Positions 10,186-19,140 of a DNA stretch of 64,000 bases are shown here, piece after piece. Position 1 is the first letter of the stretch; each line of letters opens with the position of its first letter. This stretch comes from Lachnospiraceae bacterium (GTDB lineage Bacteria > Bacillota > Clostridia > Peptostreptococcales > Anaerovoracaceae): contig CAVCIY010000026.1 of NCBI GenBank assembly GCA_963602445.1, forward strand, positions 1,972 to 65,971, read 5' to 3'. The notes under the pieces are model-generated. The model was not told the origin of the DNA. It ran no database searches and was given only the letters and a program-made list of their open reading frames with translations. The position numbers and the translations under genes were made by a program.

Positions 10186-10233
10186 CTTCCTCAAGCCACG
10201 TTTAATTGCTGACGTACTTCTTCGGAGAATATT

Positions 10234-11805
10234 TTATCTGCCATTATATTTTCCGATAATAATATCTTGGAAATATCGCATTTCTTCTTCCCTTGGAAGA
10301 GGACAGCAAGCAGGCCTTTTGCCCTGCTTGGCGCTGTACTCAAGGCGCATCACCTGAGGATTTTCTGCGCTGTAAGCAGTCCACCGGCTTCCCGGGTCTC
10401 CGTTTTTTATAAAGCCGCACCATGCCTGATTCATAAAATCTGCGAGTGCCGCACCGTCTTCATTGTCTCCGCCCACGAACTTCAAATCCTTATTAAATAC
10501 AAAATTCAGCTCCGCAATATGTCTGCATCCGAAGCCTTCCGCACGCAGTACGTCCGTCATATGATTGAAATGATATCCGTAAACTTTTTTCCCTTCATGC
10601 GCAAGCCTGTCGGCATAAGGAAGCATAGAAGACTTAAACATTTCAAGCCCTATCAGGTCCGCATATCTTTCATAAGCCGTATGATTTTCGTCAACAGGAT
10701 ATTTTGCATAAATCTCGTCTGCCAAATCTTCGCCCAGTTCATTCAGATAATCGAGATAATCCTGTTTGCTCGCGTCCGGCGGTGCGAAAAGAGTACCCTC
10801 ATCAGTATTGAATCCGAAAAGCAGATCGACGTCATTTATATAACCCTTCATAGGATTCGGAATGATATCATCCTCGGAAATAAGACCTGCCAAAACAGGG
10901 TCTGTCCTAAGTCCGCGAGCAGAGCCGTCAGGTCTGAATGTCCACATCAATGTCAGCTTTTCGGCCGGCATTTTACGAAGCGTCTCAACGCCTTTTGCGG
11001 AATCATCCGCTCCGAGATCAAGCGCAGCCTCAAGAGACCCCTTTGCAAGAATCATAGGATTTCCGTGTCCGTATTTTGCAATACGACTGATGCCGCTAAT
11101 AGAACCGCTTTCAAGTATACATCTTTTAAAGAGTCCTTTTGCCTCTTTCATCATCATAAGTACGGAAACAGTATATGCCCCGGCAGATTCTCCGCCTACA
11201 GTAATATTTTCGGGATCTCCACCAAATCTGCTTATATTTTTCTTCACCCACTTTAGTGCCGAAAGAGCGTCCAGAATGCCGAAGCATCCGGTATATCCAG
11301 ACTCTTTTTTAAATTCTTCAAGAGCAAAGAATCCCATGATTCCGAGTCTGTAATTTATATTTACATAAACAATTCCGTTTTGTGCAAATTTTTCGCCCCT
11401 GTAAAGAGACATGTTTGATCCGCCTGTCTCAAAAGCTCCGCCGTGAATAAAGACATACACCGGCAGGCCGGCATTTTCGTCAGGTACAATATCATTGTCG
11501 GGATTTCCGTGACCGTCACTTCCGGCTTTTCTAAACGCAGGCGTGCTGACATTGAGATAAAGGCAGTCTTCCGATGCTATGTCAAGGAGCTCGGGGCGGC
11601 GCACATGATCAGTCGAAAAAAGCTGAAGTGACGGTGCGCCAAACTTTGTGCAGTCTTTTATTCCTTCCCAGTGCTTCGGCTCAACCGGAGGTCTGAATCT
11701 CAAATCTCCCACAGGAGGCTTGGCATAAGGAATCCCTCTGAAGACAAGCATTCCATCCTTTTTTTTCCCTTTAATTGTTCCATATACAGTCTCTGCCGTT
11801 ACCAT
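10234..11805 (-). CDS. Carboxylesterase/lipase family protein (type B, PnbA-like)
   Basis: Motifs seen: FRGIPYAKPP, the EDCLYLNV box and the GESAGA nucleophile elbow. Confidence 0.85.
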   Translation of the reverse strand: MVTAETVYGTIKGKKKDGMLVFRGIPYAKPPVGDLRFRPPVEPKHWEGIKDCTKFGAPSLQLFSTDHVRRPELLDIASEDCLYLNVSTPAFRKAGSDGHGNPDNDIVPDENAGLPVYVFIHGGAFETGGSNMSLYRGEKFAQNGIVYVNINYRLGIMGFFALEEFKKESGYTGCFGILDALSALKWVKKNISRFGGDPENITVGGESAGAYTVSVLMMMKEAKGLFKRCILESGSISGISRIAKYGHGNPMILAKGSLEAALDLGADDSAKGVETLRKMPAEKLTLMWTFRPDGSARGLRTDPVLAGLISEDDIIPNPMKGYINDVDLLFGFNTDEGTLFAPPDASKQDYLDYLNELGEDLADEIYAKYPVDENHTAYERYADLIGLEMFKSSMLPYADRLAHEGKKVYGYHFNHMTDVLRAEGFGCRHIAELNFVFNKDLKFVGGDNEDGAALADFMNQAWCGFIKNGDPGSRWTAYSAENPQVMRLEYSAKQGKRPACCPLPREEEMRYFQDIIIGKYNGR

Positions 11806-12027
11806 ATTAATCCCCTTTCATCCGCTGCAAACATTACAATTACACAACTCACAATCAGATAAGGCCTAAGTTATCATTGAATACGATGTGATTATTACAC
11901 AATGCATAATCGTGTAACCGCGTAATGCACAATCTCACGCGACATTGTTATATATTATATTACAAATTTCTTATTTTGACTACCTAGGCAAATTGCTTAA
12001 TACAAGTAAGAAATCTTAAATTTTATC

Positions 12028-12072
12028 TCAAAAAACAAAATATGCCGCATCCGCGCAATGCCACGGATGCGG
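12028..12072 (-). terminator. Rho-independent terminator downstream of the small Cys-rich gene
   Basis: Stem ccgcatccg (12045-12053) pairs with cggatgcgg (12064-12072). On the minus strand it is followed by atattttgtttttt. Confidence 0.6.
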
Positions 12073-12160
12073 TAAAAAAATCCAATTATAAAATCAAAAA
12101 TCAAAATGCAGAAATATTCAGAATAGAAAACCAAAAGACAATAAACTTATCCGACTGATA

Positions 12161-12352
12161 CTACCACCAAAGCTCATCGCCTGTATCATACTGGATATTT
12201 GCAATTTCCTGTTCCATAGAGTCGAAGTTATATTCTATCTTTTCTTCTGTTGTCTTGAAGATTCTTGTGCAGTTTCTGCACTCGCTGTTTGTACAGCTTT
12301 TACAAATCTCCATTTTGCCGGCATATCTTGCCATAGTATAATCATTTGCCAT
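12161..12352 (-). CDS. Small Cys-rich hypothetical protein (63 aa)
   Basis: ATG 12352 follows the RBS aagaggagtga. The product MANDYTMARYAGKMEICKSCTNSECRNCTR.. contains CxxC..CxxC and ends in WW. I recognise no family. Confidence 0.5.
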   Translation of the reverse strand: MANDYTMARYAGKMEICKSCTNSECRNCTRIFKTTEEKIEYNFDSMEQEIANIQYDTGDELWW

Positions 12353-12475
12353 ATCATTCACTCCTCTTTGGTTATAACTGCATGCCAAGTTTTCCCTTGG
12401 TTTTCCTTGTCATACACATTATATCACATTAAAAACATATGTCAATAATCTTGCAAAATATATGTCATGTATACA

Positions 12476-13582
12476 TTACGATGCAAGTTTTTTTATATAT
12501 TCTTTTTTTTCTTTCGGAATCTTCAGGCTGTCTCTGATCTTCCCGAGAGCCATCTTCTCAACAGTCTTAGAAAGAAGTCCTTTTTCAAAATATTTAACTG
12601 CTGAATCATATTGCCTGGATATTGCCTCCGCAAAATACCATGCCTGCATCATCTGAACATAATATTCGTCCGACTTAATTAAAGATACTCTTTTCATAAA
12701 ACTTTCCTCAAATGCGTCATCAAGAAAATGATTCATCAGCATCTTTATACCGAATCGCACAGTGTATATGTCATTTAATGATATCCACTTCAAGGCATAA
12801 GGCAGCAGCTTTTCTTTTTCCTTTTTGAAAACAGGAGGATTCAGACCGTCGCATGTCGCCCAATTATCTACATATTTGAGGAAAGTTTCTGTCATTGTCA
12901 CACAAGTATCGAAATCTTTAATCTCATGAAGTAAAAATCCGTGAAGATTATTTTCTTCATAATATCTGTGCGGCGTTGAATTCAGAAATGTCAGGATATC
13001 ATCCTTTGAAAATTCCGAAAAAATACTTTTGGCATATTTCTTTAAGACCGGGACTCTGACACCTAACACAAGACCTTTATCTACAGTAGGCATGAGCCTG
13101 CTGTGAAAGTCTCTGTAAGACGAATCACTCATGGAAAGAAGAGTCTTTCTTATATTCCATACGGCAGAATCTCTTCTTTCAAGCTCATCATCCGATATAA
13201 AAATGCCCTCGCTAATCATATTGATTTTCTGCGCGCGTGAAAGCTTCTTTATCGCTGCTTCCCTTTTCATTGCGGTGCTTTTGTCCGGGTATATCTCAAG
13301 ATGTACAAGCTTAGCCTCGCCCTTTGCTCTCGTATATTTTGCTCCTTTTCCCTGATTGTGTTTTTTTAGGCGCTTATGGATGTCATTTGTCCATCCCGTA
13401 TACAGGCTGTCATCACCGCATCTGAGCATATATACATAATTGAATTGCTCGTCATCTGATTGTTTTTTTTCAATTCTTTCTTCATCAATTCTTTCTATGA
13501 GTCTTTCTTCAGGTTTTTCAGCATTATCCTGCTCGTCACGCCGCTCGTTATGTCGATTGTTTCCATACTTTTTTTCAGACAT
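12476..13582 (-). CDS. Fusion protein: GIY-YIG nuclease domain (YhbQ/UPF0213-like) joined to an AlkD/AlkC-like DNA alkylation repair (HEAT-repeat) domain
   Basis: The N-terminal half is YVYMLRCGDDSLYTGWTNDIHKRLKKHNQGKGAKYTR..MKREAAIKKLSRAQK, a GIY-YIG pattern. The C-terminal half (YRDFHSRLMPT..LGVRVPVLKKYAK..YYEENNLHGFLL..VDNWATCD) resembles the DNA_alkylation family. Confidence 0.7.
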   Translation of the reverse strand: MSEKKYGNNRHNERRDEQDNAEKPEERLIERIDEERIEKKQSDDEQFNYVYMLRCGDDSLYTGWTNDIHKRLKKHNQGKGAKYTRAKGEAKLVHLEIYPDKSTAMKREAAIKKLSRAQKINMISEGIFISDDELERRDSAVWNIRKTLLSMSDSSYRDFHSRLMPTVDKGLVLGVRVPVLKKYAKSIFSEFSKDDILTFLNSTPHRYYEENNLHGFLLHEIKDFDTCVTMTETFLKYVDNWATCDGLNPPVFKKEKEKLLPYALKWISLNDIYTVRFGIKMLMNHFLDDAFEESFMKRVSLIKSDEYYVQMMQAWYFAEAISRQYDSAVKYFEKGLLSKTVEKMALGKIRDSLKIPKEKKEYIKKLAS

Positions 13583-13605
13583 TCCTTAATTCTCCCTAAA
13601 GATCA

Positions 13606-13693
13606 CTCTCGTCCCGAAAGCGCAAGCCCAGCCAAACTCTGCCCAAAAACTTATTCTCGTCCCGAAAGCGCAAGCCTGGCCAAGCTCTGCCCT
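13606..13693. repeat. Tandem repeat, 48 bp x about 2
   Basis: ctcgtcccgaaagcgcaagcc(c/t)(a/g)gccaa(a/g)ctctgccc occurs twice, 48 bp apart. Confidence 0.8.
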
Positions 13694-13694
13694 T

Positions 13695-14633
13695 TTATCT
13701 CATAAAAAGATAGACGAAATATATAGCATATAAAATAATAAATACTATACCGTGCCACCTCTTAAGCGCGCGTTCTTTCCTGCAAAAGAGCAAAAGAAGA
13801 AGCGCAGCCGCTATACTTACAACAGCATCTATCAGGAAGTCCGTGCCGAATGTCAGAGGAGTAATAAGCGATGATGTGCCGAGTATGAAGAGGATATTGA
13901 AGATATTGCTTCCTACAATATTACCTACTGCCAGATCAGCATTTCCTCTCAATGCAGCCTTTGTACTCGTAATGAGCTCTGGAAGACTTGTCCCGCAGGC
14001 TACGATTGTAAGACCTATTACTCGATCGCTTATCCCGGCCGCCTCCGCAATCACGGTTGCGCCGTCAACAGCTGCTTCACTTCCGAGTACGATCGCCGCA
14101 AGTCCGATTAAGATGCAAAATATCGATCTTCCGACAGAAAGAATCTTGACATCTTCGTTATCATCATCTGAACCCTTCTTTGCCTGAAAGTACAGATATA
14201 CCAGAAATGCTATGAAAATCAGCCACTGAATAATGCCGTATACTACGGAAAGTTTTCCGAAAGCACAGCCAAATATCGCAAGTACGGTTGAAACACCGAC
14301 AACGATAGGCATCTCCACCTTAACGGTCTGATTTCTTACGGTAAGCGGAGTAATGATTGCTGATATGCCGAGAATAATCAAGATATTAAAAATATTGCTG
14401 CCGACAATATTTCCGACAGAAATGCCGCTGTTTTCTCTGATTGCGGCATTTATACTTACTGCTGCTTCCGGAAGTGATGTCCCGAATGCGGCTACGGTAA
14501 GACCTATAATAATCATAGGAATATTAAACTTAGCGGCTGCGCTCGTAGCCCCGTCGATAAAATAATCCGCACCCTTCATTAAGAGCAAAAATCCGACAAC
14601 CAGCATGAAAATATTAAAAAATATATCCGTCAT
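13695..14633 (-). CDS. Calcium/sodium antiporter (CaCA family, YrbG-like)
   Basis: Two internal alpha-repeats are present: GTSLPE..GNIVGSNIFNIL occurs twice. The start is placed at ATG 14633 after ggagaa. The ORF-track start at 14669 is a GTG without an RBS. Confidence 0.85.
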   Translation of the reverse strand: MTDIFFNIFMLVVGFLLLMKGADYFIDGATSAAAKFNIPMIIIGLTVAAFGTSLPEAAVSINAAIRENSGISVGNIVGSNIFNILIILGISAIITPLTVRNQTVKVEMPIVVGVSTVLAIFGCAFGKLSVVYGIIQWLIFIAFLVYLYFQAKKGSDDDNEDVKILSVGRSIFCILIGLAAIVLGSEAAVDGATVIAEAAGISDRVIGLTIVACGTSLPELITSTKAALRGNADLAVGNIVGSNIFNILFILGTSSLITPLTFGTDFLIDAVVSIAAALLLLLFCRKERALKRWHGIVFIILYAIYFVYLFMR

Positions 14634-14708
14634 TGCAATTTCTCCAAATCTTTTTTCGTAATTTAGCACTGATTTTTATCAAACCATATGTCTTCTTTTT
14701 ATCATGTT

Positions 14709-15572
14709 TTATTTTTGCATTCCGTGTGTCTTGCCAAGCTTCTCCAGGAATGCCGTCAATTTTTTTCTTTTTATTATACATATCAAAACGATTATAATAA
14801 TGGCAGCAGCAACTATTGCAGCGCTTATAAAATTGTGTCCGTAAATCAAAACACCCATAAGAATTGATATACTCATTGCGGGAGTTCTTCCGGCAAGTGA
14901 GATGATAAAGAAGTCGAAAGCATCTACATCAGTCGCACCTGCTATATATGAAACAATATCCTTTGGAAGTCCGGGAATCAAGTATATCAGAAAAACAACT
15001 GTCATAGCCTTTTTTGTCTTCATCATCTTTTGATACTTTTCATATCTTTCTTCCCCGCAAATGACCTTCACGGCATTTTTCCCAAGAAGCTTTGCGAGGT
15101 AAAATGTTATTGCAGTACCTACAAAAGCACCCACAATGGTGAGGACAAATGTCAGCAGGAAGCCGAAAATATATCCTCCCGCTATCTGGATAACCTGCCC
15201 CGGAAGCACGCTGATAACTATCTGCATGACCTGGCACACAAGATAAACTATGATTCCCGCATTTTTGTAGCCGGAGATCCATGCATCGAAATCCTTTACG
15301 GACTTGAAATTTTCAACTATATCAGGATTGTGCTTGTAAAAAAGGATCGGAATCAGCACAATGATCGCGATTAAGAGCACCAGCTCGGCAATATAAAATA
15401 TCTTTCTTCCGACAGAAGGTGAAGCATTGTCGCTTTCCGAAACTTTGCTCTTTTGCGAAGCATTATCATTTTCTGATGTGCCGTCATTTTCTGATGTGCC
15501 GTCATTTTCTGAATGTCTCTCATCTTTCAAATAATCATTCGATTTTTCATTTTTATTTTTGTTTTTTTTCAT
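14709..15572 (-). CDS. TVP38/TMEM64 (DedA-related) family membrane protein with a repetitive N-terminal tail
   Basis: The core is VLPGQVIQIAGGYIFG..LIPGLPKD. The N-terminus carries ENDGTS x3. Confidence 0.75.
   Translation of the reverse strand: MKKNKNKNEKSNDYLKDERHSENDGTSENDGTSENDNASQKSKVSESDNASPSVGRKIFYIAELVLLIAIIVLIPILFYKHNPDIVENFKSVKDFDAWISGYKNAGIIVYLVCQVMQIVISVLPGQVIQIAGGYIFGFLLTFVLTIVGAFVGTAITFYLAKLLGKNAVKVICGEERYEKYQKMMKTKKAMTVVFLIYLIPGLPKDIVSYIAGATDVDAFDFFIISLAGRTPAMSISILMGVLIYGHNFISAAIVAAAIIIIVLICIIKRKKLTAFLEKLGKTHGMQK
15466..15519. repeat. In-frame 18-bp x 3 tandem repeat inside the TVP38 gene (encodes ENDGTS repeats)
   Basis: tcattttctgatgtgccg is repeated contiguously. Confidence 0.85.
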
Positions 15573-15667
15573 CTGTTCCCCTTTATACTGTGCAAAATAA
15601 GTCCCTTTCTACCCTTCTGCACTCTGCTCTGATCTGATCAATACCCCATATATCTATGACCGCAAGC

Positions 15668-16963
15668 CTACCCAAGCTTGACAAGATTATCCTCATAAAG
15701 CGACTGGAGTGCCTTAATAATTCCAAACTTTGAGTGATCATACGTAAGACCGCCCTGAAAATATACTATATATGGCTCGCGTATAGGCCCGTCTGCAGAA
15801 AGCTCTATTGATGAGCCTTGTACGAATGCTCCCGCTGCCATAATGACAGGATCGTCGTATCCCGGCATTGCGGACGGCTCAGGCGTGACATATGAATCGA
15901 CAGGTGCGGCACTCTGAATTCCCTTGCAAAATGAAATCATTGCTTCCGGAGATTTCAGCTTAACAGCCTCTATAATGTCACTTCTCTCATCATCAGGGCC
16001 AGGACATACTTCAAATCCGAGCTTGCTGAATACCTCCGCACAAAGCATCGCACCTTTAAGTGCGCCCGCAACCACACTCGGAGCTGTAAAAAATCCCTGG
16101 AGCATACTTCTTGTCTGACCAAACATAAGGCCGCATTCCTTGCCGATTCCCGGTGAGGTCATGCGATACGAGATCTGCTCTATAAGATCCTTTTTCCCTA
16201 CAATATAACCACCTGACAGTGCAATACCGCCGCCCGGATTTTTGATCAGAGAGCCTGCCATAACATCTACACCTACATCGGTCGGCTCAAGCATGTCGAG
16301 AAATTCGCCGTAACAGTTGTCTGCCATGCAAATTATGTCACTTTTCACTGACTTGACTGCCTCAGCCCATTGCTTTATCTCAGGAATGGTTATCGCTCTT
16401 CTCCAATCATATCCCGTAGCTCTCTGGACACACATCATGCGTGTTTTTTCATTTATGACATTTTTCACACCTTCAATATCGATTCTACCATCCTCAAGCA
16501 AATCGACTTGCTTGTATGTAATGCCAAACTCCTTAAGAGAACCGCATTTTTTGCCTCTGATTCCTATTACTTCTTCGAGAGTATCATACGGTCTTCCCGT
16601 ACAATATACAATCTCATCACCCGGTCTGAGAATTCCGGAAAGTGTAAGTGTCAGCGCATGAGTGCCGTTCACGATAAGAGGCCTTACAATCGATGCTTCC
16701 GTATGAAAAACATCCGCGTAAACATTTTCAAGCGCATCACGTCCCACGTCGTCATATCCGTATCCCGTTTTCCACGCAAAATGCATATCAGATATACGAT
16801 TCTTTCTAAAAGCGTCAAGAACCTTATACTGATTATATGTTGAAATGTCCTCAATATCAGAAAATTTGTCTCTGAGCCTTTCCTCGGCATCTGAAACTAT
16901 TTTAAGTACCTCAGGTGATATTTTGAAATTCTTTGTAAGAAGATTGTATGTATTTTTCTGCAT
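15668..16963 (-). CDS. Aluminium-resistance / methionine gamma-lyase-like PLP enzyme (YnbB family)
   Basis: The 431 aa product has the pattern YNQYKVLDAF..ISDMHF..GYGYDD.GRD typical of the YnbB family. Confidence 0.75.
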   Translation of the reverse strand: MQKNTYNLLTKNFKISPEVLKIVSDAEERLRDKFSDIEDISTYNQYKVLDAFRKNRISDMHFAWKTGYGYDDVGRDALENVYADVFHTEASIVRPLIVNGTHALTLTLSGILRPGDEIVYCTGRPYDTLEEVIGIRGKKCGSLKEFGITYKQVDLLEDGRIDIEGVKNVINEKTRMMCVQRATGYDWRRAITIPEIKQWAEAVKSVKSDIICMADNCYGEFLDMLEPTDVGVDVMAGSLIKNPGGGIALSGGYIVGKKDLIEQISYRMTSPGIGKECGLMFGQTRSMLQGFFTAPSVVAGALKGAMLCAEVFSKLGFEVCPGPDDERSDIIEAVKLKSPEAMISFCKGIQSAAPVDSYVTPEPSAMPGYDDPVIMAAGAFVQGSSIELSADGPIREPYIVYFQGGLTYDHSKFGIIKALQSLYEDNLVKLG

Positions 16964-16986
16964 TTTTATTTTTCCTCTTTGTGATT

Positions 16987-18162
16987 TTATTTCTTGTTTT
17001 CACTTTTGTCAAATTCGTCGTCCCATTCGAAGCTTCCTATAAGCTCGCGTCTGGTATTTGCCTTGTGGGCGGCATAAAGCTGGGTAGTCGTGACATTTTC
17101 GTGATCGAGCAGCTGCTGGACGTCAAAAATGGAATTTCCTCTGCCTATAAGTGACGTGGCTGCGGTAGCTCTCAGCTTGTGCGGGCTGTAGCCGGCTGCT
17201 CTTGAAGTCGACATTGCAATCGACGTGTACTTCTTGACGAGTTCGCGAATCTGACGTTCTGTCATCCTGCCTCCCTGCAGGGAAAGGAAAAGCGCATCCT
17301 CGCATCCTTCTTTTATCTTCTTTATCTCCGCACGTTCGACATCAATATATTCGTGAAGTGCCTTTAGGACAGTTTTGTTGTTTAGCGGCATAGCTGACTC
17401 TTTGCCCCTTTTTCTATATATAATAAATTCGCCTCTGTCAAAATTAAAGGAAGAGACATTCAGCTGCTGAAGCTCTGAAAGTCTCAGACCGTAAGTAACG
17501 AAAAGGACAAGTATGGCCTTGTCGCGTTTTTTTGTCTTCTCCCAGTATTGGCGCTCTTTTTTCGTCAAATGACTTCCCGTCGTGACAGCATCAAGCATAA
17601 GCATTACCTCATGCTCCTGAAGAGCCTTGATCTCCCTGTCTGAAGCAGACGGAACCCTCACCGGCTCAAGCTTGTCGGATATGCTTTTGTCGATAATATC
17701 TTCCCTGTAAAGATATCTGAACAAAACCGACAGCGACGATTTTTTCCTTGCCAAAGCCCGATTTCCGTTTTCATATATCGTAATATTTCCTTCATCATCC
17801 TTAACGGCATATCTTCTGCAATAATCAAGGAATATATTAACATCGACACCCTGGATTTCGGAAAATTCAGACGCCTTTATCTTCTTCGTCTCTTTCGCGG
17901 AAGTAAGATCTGTATTTTCAATAAGATATTGGCAGAAAAATCTTATATCTCTGAGATAAGCGCAGACGGTCATTGGAAGAACCGATCTTTTGAGATACAT
18001 ATAAAAGCCTCTCATAAATGATGGTAACTGCGCCATAAGATTGGCAGCTTCTTCCTCTAATTGGATTTCGCGTTCAATAACATTGGCCGGCTTGCCTTTT
18101 TTCGTATTGTACCTTATGCTTTGCTTTTTTTTCTCGGATTTTTCGATATCTTTTGACTGCAT
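16987..18162 (-). CDS. Tyrosine-type site-specific recombinase/integrase (Xer-like, with a long N-terminal extension)
   Basis: The C-terminal catalytic pattern is GLRLSEL..HKLRATAATSL..LLDHENVTTTQLY. A SAM-like N-terminal domain is present. Confidence 0.8.
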   Translation of the reverse strand: MQSKDIEKSEKKKQSIRYNTKKGKPANVIEREIQLEEEAANLMAQLPSFMRGFYMYLKRSVLPMTVCAYLRDIRFFCQYLIENTDLTSAKETKKIKASEFSEIQGVDVNIFLDYCRRYAVKDDEGNITIYENGNRALARKKSSLSVLFRYLYREDIIDKSISDKLEPVRVPSASDREIKALQEHEVMLMLDAVTTGSHLTKKERQYWEKTKKRDKAILVLFVTYGLRLSELQQLNVSSFNFDRGEFIIYRKRGKESAMPLNNKTVLKALHEYIDVERAEIKKIKEGCEDALFLSLQGGRMTERQIRELVKKYTSIAMSTSRAAGYSPHKLRATAATSLIGRGNSIFDVQQLLDHENVTTTQLYAAHKANTRRELIGSFEWDDEFDKSENKK

Positions 18163-18183
18163 TTTCTTACCCTCAAAATATTC

Positions 18184-19116
18184 TTAAAGCATTTCATCAA
18201 GTATATCTGTTATCTCCTTTAGAGCTGAGTCGACATCCTTTCCGCTGAGCATGATCGTGTGCATTTCGTCGCCGTAACGCCTGAACCATGTCATCTGACG
18301 CTTCGCATAACGGCGGCTGTTGCGCTTAGTCAGCCTGACCGCCTCATTCATGTCATAGAGTCCGTCAAAGGCTCCTATTATTTCCTTATAACCTATGCCC
18401 TTCATGGAAATGTCATCGCTTCTGAGCCCCATGTCAAGAAGTGAGCGGATTTCTTCTTCAAGACCCATATCTATCATAATGTCAACGCGTCTGTTTATCC
18501 GGTCATAGAGTTCCTCACGCTCTCGCTCAAGACAGAAGATCACAGTATCATATGATGAGGTCTTGCGAAAAGATTTTTCAAAGTCTGGAATATTATTCCC
18601 GCTGTCTGCAGCCTCAATCGCCCTTATAATCTTTTTTATATTGTTTGGATGAATGCGTGCGGCTGCTTCGGGATCCTTCTTAGCCAGAATATCGTGTATA
18701 TATTGGCCGCCGTGCTCGCCGGCAAGAGTGCGATAATATTCTCTTAGCTCGTTATCAGCCGAAGCCGAGGAAAAATCCATATCATAAATAATAGAATTAA
18801 TATATAATCCCGTTCCGCCGGCAACAATCGGGACAAGCCCGCGCGAAAAAATGTCCTCTATGGCATCTCTTGCCATGATGCTGTATTCGGCGACGCTGAA
18901 GGGTCTTGCGGGATCTATCTCGTCGACCAGCCAATGCCTTGCGCGCGCGGTCTCTTTCGGTGTAGGCTTTGCGCTTCCTATATTCATATATTTGTAAATC
19001 TGCATCGAGTCAGCGGAAACTATTTCCCCGCCGATTTTTTCAGCCAGTCTGATTGCGATTTCCGTCTTTCCCGAAGCAGTAGGTCCCGCAATGACGGGTA
19101 CTGTTCTTTTTTTCAT
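18184..19116 (-). CDS. miaA: tRNA dimethylallyltransferase
   Basis: The P-loop is IAGPTASGKT, with the overall MiaA pattern. The start is ATG 19116 after gagg. Confidence 0.9.
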   Translation of the reverse strand: MKKRTVPVIAGPTASGKTEIAIRLAEKIGGEIVSADSMQIYKYMNIGSAKPTPKETARARHWLVDEIDPARPFSVAEYSIMARDAIEDIFSRGLVPIVAGGTGLYINSIIYDMDFSSASADNELREYYRTLAGEHGGQYIHDILAKKDPEAAARIHPNNIKKIIRAIEAADSGNNIPDFEKSFRKTSSYDTVIFCLEREREELYDRINRRVDIMIDMGLEEEIRSLLDMGLRSDDISMKGIGYKEIIGAFDGLYDMNEAVRLTKRNSRRYAKRQMTWFRRYGDEMHTIMLSGKDVDSALKEITDILDEML

Positions 19117-19140
19117 ACTGAACCTCGTTCTTGACCTCAA

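Noticed and set aside
10267-11256. The 329-aa plus-strand ORF, together with similar long antisense ORFs at 24402..25112, 3131..3646, 8827..9366, 21019..21672 and 53155..53703
   Set aside because: Each lies entirely antisense to a CDS with a clear family assignment. Their products are low-complexity or hydrophobic junk with no motifs. They are shadow ORFs.
16987-18162. The integrase as a marker of a prophage or integrative element
   Set aside because: Both flanks are conserved housekeeping genes (miaA and ynbB-like) with gaps of about 20 bp. There are no phage, conjugation or cargo genes and no visible att direct repeats.
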